From contig JAFSLP010000088.1 of assembly GCA_017448345.1 (NCBI GenBank), forward strand, positions 859 to 64,858: a stretch of DNA of 64,000 bases, in the 5' to 3' direction. The translations under genes were made by a program, and so were the position numbers. Within the stretch, counting starts at the first letter, position 1. Every line of letters starts with the position of its first letter. Below the pieces are notes generated by a model. The model was not told the DNA's origin and did not search any database. It saw only the letters and a list, made by a program, of their open reading frames with translations. Positions 26,539 through 37,200 of this stretch are shown in pieces. Source of the stretch: Paludibacteraceae bacterium. GTDB lineage: Bacteria > Bacteroidota > Bacteroidia > Bacteroidales > Paludibacteraceae.

Positions 26539-27324
26539 GTGACTGCCATTACGAGCGCAGGAATGGCGGCAGCAGAAGCGGACAAGGCACGCAAGACAGA
26601 GGCGAAGAACAAGGCGGAGATAGAGGAGGAAAAGCGCAAGAAAGAAAACCTCTTCAACCTGCGTTATCACCAGGACATGACCGACCGTACGGAAGTGCAA
26701 GGTATGCTGCGTGAGTTACGCGAACAGCAAGACGCTCAACGTAGTGCCAATGAAGCACGCGGTGCTGTTCTTGGTGAGACCAAAGAACAGCAGATAGCGG
26801 AAGAGAACGGCATGAACAAGGCGTTTGCTGACAGCGTTGCGAATATCGCAAGCAATGCGAGTGCGCTTAAAGACGGCTATCTGAACGATTATGAGAACAG
26901 CCTGAGCAAGTACTATCAGGACAAGCGCGAACATAACTCTCGTATGTCGCAGATAGAAATGAACGGCAGCAACCAATGGGCACAAGCGGCTAACAATGCT
27001 TTCGGTGCAGCAGCGAGTGCGGCAGGAGTGGCGGCAGGTGCAGCAGAAGGAGCGAAAGCGCCATCCAAAGCGCCGAGTGCCAACACGCCCGGCAGTACGC
27101 CTAACAAGATTCAGGCAGCCGGTCCTGTCAAGATTGGTGACAACGGAATGCAGTTGAATCCCGATGGTACGATTACCAATCCGACGCTTAATCCATGGGA
27201 TAGGATTCAGCAGGATTTCCGTTCTCAATACAGCATCAGCAAACCCACTACGCCCAACTGGTCACAAATCTACGGATATGGTGGCGGTTGGGGCGTACCT
27301 AACAGAATAGGAGGCGCAAGATGA
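26539..27324 (+). CDS. Putative internal virion / ejection protein (261 aa from the GTG at 26539); the start is uncertain
   Basis: It is charged and coiled-coil with Ala/Gly-rich low-complexity regions. The frame is open back to the TAG of the previous gene and encodes a hydrophobic segment there. Confidence 0.55.
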   Translation: MTAITSAGMAAAEADKARKTEAKNKAEIEEEKRKKENLFNLRYHQDMTDRTEVQGMLRELREQQDAQRSANEARGAVLGETKEQQIAEENGMNKAFADSVANIASNASALKDGYLNDYENSLSKYYQDKREHNSRMSQIEMNGSNQWAQAANNAFGAAASAAGVAAGAAEGAKAPSKAPSANTPGSTPNKIQAAGPVKIGDNGMQLNPDGTITNPTLNPWDRIQQDFRSQYSISKPTTPNWSQIYGYGGGWGVPNRIGGAR

Positions 27325-28217
27325 CACCGGAAGAGTTATTAGAGCAAGAGCGCAAGGCGGCAGGTCAGGCACTTACCGAACAGACAGGCACACCGCAGTA
27401 TGCAACTGCGGCAGATTTCGATGCGCGTCTGACAAGGATGCTGATGGAGGACGAGCGCAAGGAGCGTGAGAAGCAAGAGAAGCGCATCCAACGTCAGCAG
27501 ATGGCACAGAGTCTTACTGACCTCGGTGCTGTTTTCGGCGATGTTATCAAAGCCAGCGGCGGTGCGCTGGTTACACCGCGAGACATGCAGGCACGCTATG
27601 ACCAGTTGGATAACAAGCAAAAGATGGTATATGACAACTACCGTGCCCGTATGGACGTGCTTCGCCAACAGGCGTTGGCTCGTGCCAAAGGCGACCGTGA
27701 TGCAGCCGGTCGCGCCAAGCAGAGAGAGGAGGAGATGGAGCAACGCAGGCTACTGGCTGAATTACAAGAGGGAGGTCGTAACCAACGAGCAAAGGAAGCG
27801 GCAGCTGCCAAAGTGAAAGTAGCGCAAGAACAAGCGAGAGCGCGTGTAACGGTCAAGAAATTAGGTAGCGGAGACAGTATTTATACCGTTCCATTTTCCG
27901 GAACGAACTATGATATTCCGAAGAGTGCCTATGACGGACGCATGGGGCAACTCTACGCCTATCTTGATAGCAACAACCTGTTTCCGCAGGAATCGGGCGC
28001 TAATGACGACCTGAAGGCTGTTGCGTTCTTTCTTGGTAGTGGCAGCAATAACGGCAATGCCCCAGAGAGTAGCAAGCAGAAAGTAGCAACGGCGTGTCTC
28101 GTGGCTATTCACGCACTGGCTGGCAACCGCGAACACGAGGATAATATCATCGCGATACTGCAAGGCAAATATAACAAGCAGAGTAGTTCTGCACCAGTTC
28201 AAGGACATGTAAGATAA
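27321..28217 (+). CDS. Putative internal virion / ejection protein (298 aa)
   Basis: ATGA overlap with the upstream gene. The sequence is highly charged and coiled-coil (REKQEKRIQRQQ..., AKQREEEMEQRR). Confidence 0.55.
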   Translation: MTPEELLEQERKAAGQALTEQTGTPQYATAADFDARLTRMLMEDERKEREKQEKRIQRQQMAQSLTDLGAVFGDVIKASGGALVTPRDMQARYDQLDNKQKMVYDNYRARMDVLRQQALARAKGDRDAAGRAKQREEEMEQRRLLAELQEGGRNQRAKEAAAAKVKVAQEQARARVTVKKLGSGDSIYTVPFSGTNYDIPKSAYDGRMGQLYAYLDSNNLFPQESGANDDLKAVAFFLGSGSNNGNAPESSKQKVATACLVAIHALAGNREHEDNIIAILQGKYNKQSSSAPVQGHVR

Positions 28218-28218
28218 T

Positions 28219-31200
28219 ATGGCACAGATTACACAAGAGACGCTTAATGATATGATTGCTACCGTTAACGCGGGCAAGCAATATGATATGCAGACTTGGC
28301 ATCAGAAATTCCCAGAGTTCGGAGGGGATGATGCCCTTGTGCAGTCTGCTATGGATTATGTGGCTACATATAACTCCGGTAAATATAATACGACCGAGGA
28401 GTTAAATGCCCAGTTCCCGGAGTTCTTTACAGGTGGTGAGCAGTCCGATTCCTTCATGTCATTTTTAGCAGGACAAGAGCCTGTTATTCCTAATTTCTGG
28501 CAACAGACGACAGAGCGAGTTATCGGAAAAGAGGAAGACATCATGTCGGACGACGCAAAGAAGCGTCTTCCGAAAGGTTATATGGTGCTCAATGACGATG
28601 AACGCAGGAAAGCAGAACAAAAGGCTATTCAGGAACAACTCGCTTATGACCAGATGAGTTTTGTAGAACGCGAGTCGCAGTTGCCAGTACTGGGTGCGAT
28701 GGATTTGATGCGCCAGCGTGTGGATAGCAATAACCGTATTCGCCGCGCCAACACAAAGACACCTGAAGAGTTGTTCACGGTAGCGTTAGCGTCATGGCAG
28801 AAGACGAACGAGGGTATTCACCGTTCGGCGCAGTACGAGCGTGATTTGCAGGAAGCCATCGCCAAGTTCCAAAAAGACAAGCAAAAAGAGTTCTCGTCTG
28901 ATATTGCCGTCAATGCTATTATTCGGAACGCCAAGGCAGGCAAGATTACGAAAGAGCAGGCGGAACAGCAATTACAGTCCATTTGGGAAGCCAAATATAG
29001 CGAGGAACTGGCCACGTTGCTGCAACCTATCCAAGAAACCTTCCAACAGGATTTCTATAATGCCAACCAGCGCGTACTGGATGAAGAGGTGAACCGTCTT
29101 GCCGGAGAGGAACTGACACGAGATATTGCCAAAACCCAATCGAAATTCGCTGCATTGGATAAGAAATGGTCTAACGAGATATATGAGGCGACTGGTGCCG
29201 GAAAGGGTATCGGTCTCGGCGCAATAGCATATTCCCGCATGCCGGCGAAAACGGCGAACAGTAGTCCGAAAGTTCAGGCAGCGAAGACGCTCACATCAAG
29301 AGCAAAAGAGCTACAAGAGGCAGCTCTGAAAAACAAAGGTTTCGGAAGCGCATTCGGTAGTACTATTACCGATATAAGTACATGGGATTTCGGTTTGACC
29401 GATTTCAATGTAGCTCTTGGAATCAATGTGCTTGTTCGAAAGATTGAGCGCGACGAGGAGTTGGATGATTATGATAAAGTAGAACTTGATGCTATCTTGG
29501 AATATATGGCAGCACAAGCCATGTACTCCGGTCAATTAGGCAGATGGTACAAGGCAGGAACGACTACTGCGCAGGCAGTGCCATTCATGTTAGAGTTTTT
29601 GCTTATGCCGATTGACAGTATCAAGAATGCAACCGTCAAAGCCATGTTCAAATACGGTCTGAAAAAATATGGCATCAAGCAAGGTACACGCAAGGCAGTA
29701 GACCTTGGTATTTCAGCAATGGGTCGTTTCGCCGGTTCAATGGCAGCGGCAGGCCTGATGACCGTTACTTTTGATACTCCAAAGGTTATGGCCGGTACGA
29801 TAGAGCGCACGACCGGAACTGTCAATGCCCCGGATTTGTTGAATGATGGTCTGCAATATACAGGACGAACCGGGCAACAGGGATTAGCAGAGGCGGCGTA
29901 CAACGCCACGGTGGATAAATACATTGAAAACCTGAGCGAGATGATATTATCCGACCTTGCTCCTGCTTTGAAACTCGCAGGTATGTCAAAGATATTCCGT
30001 CGTGTAGGCGGACAGAAAGCGCTTGATATTGTGCGCAAACTGACGATGGATAACAAGGTAGCAGGAGCATTACGCACGATGCAGACCGGTGATATCTTTG
30101 AGGAGTTTGCAGAAGAGGAGGTTGGCAACCTACTCAAATGGTGGTTGAGTACCGATGTTTCAGCCGCCGAGGGCAATACCGGCTTCGATGCCGATTCGCA
30201 GATAGACACTATCTTGGGTCTTATCCCTATGCAGGCTGCGTTCGGTGTCGGCAAAGCAGGTGCGGCTACCATCAACTTTGCCAAAGGCAAGAAGATGTGG
30301 TCTGATTACCGCAGCCACCTGACCGAACAAGGGCAGCAACTTCTTGGTTCGTTCATGGAGGCAAAGACCGATGAAGAAGCCAAAGAAGCATTGAGTGCTT
30401 TGCTGCATCAGATGAGGACCGAGGATAATATGGATGCGGAAATGAAAGAGGATTTCCTGCATAGTGTTCTTGGTGAATACCAGAGCAAGTATGCCGAGTA
30501 TAGCGCCGAGGAAGAGAAAGAAGAAGGACAGGCATCCGCCGAGCAAGAAGAGCAAGCGGAGGTTCCGGCTAACGAGGAGGAGGGTCAGATACAAGACAAT
30601 GGTACGGAACACCCGACCGAAGAAGAAACAACGGTGGAGGTGGAGACTGCCGAGCCTGTACAGGAAAAGGCGCGTCCTGTTACCGTGGTGATTGACGGCG
30701 TTGAGCAGCAGATTACTTTCTCCGGTTCTAAAATCGTGTATAATGCCGATGGCAGTATCAACCACGACAAGAGCGGACAGATTTATCTCCAAGATGCAGA
30801 CGGTCACCTTGTCCCAGGAAGCCAGCAAGAGGAGATGTCAGAGGCATTAGATGCGGCGTTACGCCAAGAGAAGCAGAACGGAGACGAGTTACTGAAGAAT
30901 GACATGCCAATAGAAGAGGTTGCCGAGGAAACGCCAGCGACCGAGGAGGCACCAGTTACCGAGGAAAGTTCGGCAACTGAACAATCCGCCTATCCATTAC
31001 TGGAAGACGGTACACCTGACTTTGCTCAGATGACACCCGAGCAGCAGGTAGCATACGCTATGGAAACCGGCGGCGAGGAAGCAGCAGCGGAAACCATACA
31101 GACAGCCATCGAGGAACTGACTTCTGAAATGGAGAGCGTAGGCAAGAAGAAGGGACTTGTACCCGCACAGCGCGTAGCGGAAAAGAACCGCATCCGTCAA

Positions 31201-34200
31201 GAGATTGCGGCGTGGCAAGCATTGGCACAACCGCAAGAGAGCGCACCTGCGCAAACAGACATACGTCCGGTAGGTATTAGTGACTTCGGTCCTATATATG
31301 ACCAGTTCAGAGGCAAGCCGCAAGAGGCTATTGCTTTCCTGATGGAAAGACAGGACGGTGAGTGTATAGGCGCATTGAGTCACCCGGAGATTGGTCCGAT
31401 TGATTTGGTATGGGGAGTAGAGGGAACAGGCGGTAGTGACGGTTTTGGATTATCCAAACTTGTCAAGTTCCACCCGGAGGTATTGGATAACCTGCAAGGC
31501 ATCTTGGACGAAATGCACGTAACGCTTCGCTCCGAGAATCGCATCCAATTAGAGAGCGAACGCTATAGGGCAGGTGTCCGGCTCACATGGAACAATGAGA
31601 GCAAGACATGGTTGCTTACTGCATTTGAGAAAGAAGAATATAAAGAAAACAGTGCCCTCGACAAGACGACAGACACTGACGAGACCGCCAACGGCGGCGA
31701 GGGGAGTGACACAGCTCTTCCCCAGAACACTATTTCCGGCGACAAAGGTACAACAAAAAATCCAGATACGCAAATTTCCGGCGAAGAAAATGCAGAAAAA
31801 GTGGATTTGAGTGCTGAAAATGTAGTTTTGATGTACTATAATAAAGGCAGCAGGTATGTTTTCTGCCGCAAGGAAGAAGACGGAACCATGATTCGTCTCG
31901 ACACTGGCAAGCCTTTGGAGACCACTCGCAATGGTAAGGAGACCGCATGGAGGGAAGCAGACCGAAAAGTCGTTCTTATCGACGGCGTGCCGTACTATAT
32001 GCTTGGTAGCAATCCCAACTCGACTACCGTCAATGTTGTTCCTGTGGAGGCAAGCATGCCGGTTATCACAAGTACAGGCGAGAATAGTAGCGTTATTGCT
32101 GTAGAGAAAGGTGCACTTACCGACGAAAAAGGCAAACGTATTTTCCGCAATGCAGAAGACAACCGTGAGGAGCAGTATAAGACCTTGCGCAGAGAAGCGA
32201 AGACGCTGGACGATATAGCCGATTATGTGGTGTTTGACTACATGAAAGACGGTGAGAAGAAAGCGATTACTCTTCGCGATTTACTGCGTATGTTCAGTAC
32301 GGTAGATGAGGATATGAACCGCATCTATATCGGTGACAAGCGCTATGGCGGGGAAATGGATAGGTTGCTTTCTGAAATGGGCAAGGATATGGAAGAGCGC
32401 TCGGATGTAGAGGAGATTCTGAATGAGCGTATTAGCGAAGCGGCTATTGTATGGAACACGATGGCGGAGGATGGCGAGAAAGTCAAAGACAAACAAACTC
32501 TTCCGAAGAAGATTCGTGCCTTTATCGAAGTGCTTGACAAACGCGGCTGGGCGGAAAAGGCGGATTACTTTGCCGGTCGTGTTGCTTCTGAACAACAGCC
32601 GTCCGAGGAACAGGAGCAGAAACCGAAAGTCAGCAAGCGCATAGCGACGGACGAGGATATGCAGACCTTGGCGGACTTGAACTATGACTTGCGTGATGCC
32701 GAGCGTGCAGGCGATTATGCCGAAGCGGACAGGATTAAACAAGAGATTGCGTCCTTGCGCGAACAGATAATCGAGTACAACATCGGTAATACCGCCATAG
32801 ATGAAGCTGCCGGTCGCCGCACCATCGGCTATCTGCGCAATGCCGGTGTCGATATTGAGGAGATTAGCCAAGACGCGGCAGAGCAGATGATGGACGATGA
32901 GACAGTAGAACAACTGCGGTCGTCGGACAGTACCGTATATGGCTTTACGCAAGGAGACAAGATATATGTCATCAGCGGCAAACTCAACCCGAATACACCA
33001 GTTCACGAATACACGCACCTTTGGGCGAGAGCCTTTGCCAAAGCCAACCCGAAGAAATGGTCTTCCATCGTGAACACTCTCAAACAAACTCCAACGTGGG
33101 CGGAGGTAGAGGCTGATGCCAACTATGCATCTATCCACGGAAACGAGCAGGCGATAGCAAGCGAGGTTCTTGCGCGTCTGACCGGTGAATACTGGGGGCA
33201 GATAGACGAGAACGGCAAGAGCAAGATGGATGAGACTTTTGAAAAAAAGGCTCTTCTTGTGCGTGTGCGCTCCGCTCTACGCTCTTTCTGGCAGCAGGTG
33301 GGAGAATGGTTAGGTATCAAGACCAGCGCTCGTATAAGTGACTTTGAGGGTCAGTTGCAAGCCTTGGTACGTCGTCCGATACGAGACCTGATTGAGACGG
33401 ATTTCGATAAAAAATTCCAAAAAATGCAGGAAGGTCTTGACAACGGGGGTGAAAATGTATTATCTTTGCAGTCGATTTCAGAATTAACCGACGCATTAGA
33501 AGATGATATACGACAAGGAAACAAACCAGTGGTATTTGAACGAGTTCCACTTGCAGCAATGCAAGAGGGCTTGCGCAACGAACGAACGCTTACGGAAGCG
33601 CTTGCCATTGTCGCACTCAGAAGTCGCCGCCAACATCGCGCGTATATTCGAGACGGACAAGAAGTAACAGCCGAAGAAAAGAACAGCCGTGACGGGTCTA
33701 ATAATGAAATGCTATTAGACCTGATTCAGTATGCCAAAGAGAAAGGCATGTGGGTGGAAGATGTGGTTGAGACGCTGGATGAGAAATACGGTTTCGACAA
33801 CCGCGTGGAGAATATGCCGGATGGTGAAGCGACCGGAGAGAGCCATGTATGGATAGACAAAGAGAACGGTGTCGTTATCAAGGCGAAAGCCGACTACCAA
33901 TACGAGACCATAGAAGAGTTGTTGGAGGGCATGATGCTTAACAACTGGCTATTCAAAGGCAACAGGCAGCATATCATCGGCTTTGGTATAGACCGTTCGG
34001 AGGGGCGTGATGCAATCCGTGTGATATATGAAACGCCATACGTCGAGAAGCATGAAAGCAAACCGCTCACCCAGGAGGAGAAAGACCGATATATGGCTGC
34101 TTACGGTTTCACCAAGGCAGACAGCCCTATCACGACAGAGCGAAAGGGAGAAAAATCCAACTACACCAATGGTGAGTTTATGGTAGCAGACCTCCACAAT

Positions 34201-37200
34201 CAGAATATCTTCTGGGATGCGGACGGCGATGTCCGTTGTATAGACCCCATTGTCAAGTGGGAAGCAGGAGAGCACTATCAGGTGCAGACTCCAGAGCAGA
34301 AAGAGCGTGACGAATGGAATGAGAGCCGGTTGGACGAAATGTTTGACGGCCAGTCAGAGTATCAGATATTCACAGAGGAGAAACAGCCTGCTCATGCAGA
34401 GCCGATGAGTTGGCTGCAACGTAAGGTGAACGCAGCTGCCGACCAAGCGAACGGCATCCGTGTCATGCAGCAAGAGATTGAGCGTATAACAGGACGCAAG
34501 ATTACGTATGACAAAGACGTACGTGAAGCGCTTGAACACTCGTCGAGTATCATCGACCAAGCATTGAAGCGTTTTGAGAAAGGACCACAGCGACGGCTTG
34601 ACAAGGCTATGCGTAACATTCGCAAGCAGATTAAGAAAAGCGGTTTGTGGAAGAAAGGTATGTCTGATGTATACGAGAACAAAGGCATACCTGTTACGCT
34701 CACTCCAAGTGCGCAAGATATACTGGAGCGCTATATGATGGCAAAAGACAACCTTGAACGTATCGAGTTTGGAACAGAACCGCGTATGCACGAGTTAGCT
34801 GTCCGTCTGCGCCAACAGATGAACATAGATGCAGAGGGCGAAATGGAAGATGCAGATGTGCTGTCTGCATACGTTGAGCAGTTTGAATCACAGTTCAAGG
34901 AAAGCGAGATAGCCGGCTTATGGAAAGCCATCAACGAGTGTACTGATTTTGGTCTTGACTGGCTGCTGAAAGGCGGTGTTATTGGTAAGGATTATTACGA
35001 GCGTTTGAAACAACGCAGGCATTACATTCCGGAGCGTGGTTTCGCACAACTACAGACGAATGAGGAACTGCGCGACGAGATAGACAACCGCAAGCGCGGA
35101 AACCGCAATGGCGGTAAGCCAATGGCGACGCAGGCGGCTCATGGTGGCGAGAGTATGGCGACCGACGTGATTGCCTATATGCTAATGCTCAACGCCAATT
35201 CTGTGCAGGTGAGCCAAGAGAATACCGTCAAGCGTGCGATGTTCAATCTGATGCAAGAGAACCTTGATGCCTGTCAGCAGATGGGCTATCCTGTTCCGCA
35301 GCAAGTATGGTACATCCGTGACGGTGTGGACGAAGACGGCAACCCTCGCTACAAGGCTTCGATGGAACAGCCGTCGGAAGAAATGCAAGCGCAGAACGAT
35401 GCAGTCAAAGAGCGCATCAGAGACCTGCAAGAAGACCTGCGTATGTTCGGTAAGGATAATGCGGAGATGAAAGCCCATATCCAGTCACTTATTGATGAAA
35501 CGAAGAAAGAGTTGCTTATCGTGCAGAAGCGCGATGCCGGAGCCGCAAGCGTTGATGTAGCGATGCTTGCCGGTGAGGAGGTGCCCAAAGTAGTTGTAAG
35601 CGTACCTACGGAAGACGGTGATGTTGCCCAATATATAATGCAGTTCCCAGCACGTCACGAGATAGCGAACGCATTGAACGGCATTACAGGAACGAAATGG
35701 GAGGATAAATTGCAGAAGATGATAGGCTCAAATATCAGTGCCCTGTACACGGTATATAACCCTACTTTCTTTGCGACGAACCTACCGCGAGACATTGAAT
35801 GGATTATTGCGAAAGGTTCTGCCGAGCGCGGTATGTTATATCCGGCGTTCTTTGCTGCTCAAATGGCACGACCTGCTACCACCATACTACCGATACTGGA
35901 ATATGTGTCTGGTGTTGATGTGGACGGTCGAACAGGTGGCAGCACATTGAGCGATGCATTCACTACAGACGGAACGATAGAACACGAGTTCTACCAATTC
36001 CTTAACGGCGGTGGTAATACCGGGTACACGCAGATGAACAACATTCAGAAGTTCCGTAAGAAAGTGGAGCGAATGACGGAAGGTCCTCGTCCTGTCAAGG
36101 CTACGATGCGTTTCCTCTTTGCGGAGGTTGCGCCAGCCATCAATGAGTTCTCGGAGTTATGGACTCGTTTTGCAGTATATCGTGCAACGAAAGCGATGCT
36201 ACATAGCGAGAATGCAACTATTCGCAGAAACAAACCGATGAGCGAAGAGCAGATAGAGGCAGAAGCTTTGCATGACGCAAAGAATTTTTCCACGAACTTC
36301 AACCGTAAAGGCGCAGGAGGCTTCATTAACTTCTTCAACTCATTGAGTATGTTCAGCAACGCCGCCATTCAGGGTGTGTCCGGCGCGATACGTACATTCG
36401 AGAACCCGAAGAAAGCAATCAGAGGAGCAGCTTCTATTATGATACTCCCAGCGTTTATCGGCTGGATGTGTACCATGCTGTCTCCGGATGATGATGATGA
36501 GGGTTTTGTTATTCCATCCTTCATGCGTGAGAACAACCTTATCTTTATGGATAAACGTGTACCATTGTCGCAAGAGCTGATTCCGTGGTACCGCATAGGT
36601 GTCAATTATGCGCTTATGCAACAGGGCAGGCGAACCAAAGAGCAGGCAATAGAGAATATCGGTATGGGATTTGCCGAGCACGGAATGCCCGTTCCTCCAG
36701 TTATCGGTTCTGCTCTATCCACCGGTATAGATTGGATAATGGACGATGACGATGATTATAGCGACAAAGAGACGCGATTAGTGAGTGCTATGACGCAACT
36801 CATGTACGCCCAATATCTCGGTAATCTGCATCAGTTGGAACAGAACAAGAACTGGGCAGGTTCCAATCTCCGCAATGAGTTTGCACAGGGCAGACCGCAA
36901 TACCTCTTCGGACAGAATGAGTCGGAACTGTTCCAAGACTTGGCGAAACTCCAATACCGGCTTGCAGGCGGAGATATGAATGTTCCGCAGAACACCAAGA
37001 GTGGCAGTCTCAAAAAGATGAATGAGTTCGAGGACATCAACCCGAAAGAGATACGCGCCTATTTGAGCACTATTGTTCCGAGCGGATGGGTAGATATTGC
37101 AACCTATGCGTACAGCGGTATCTTCGGAGACGAAGAGCCGAGGGGAAAAGACAAGCCTATAGTCAATAAGTTCCTTATCAACACAGACCGAGACGTGTTT

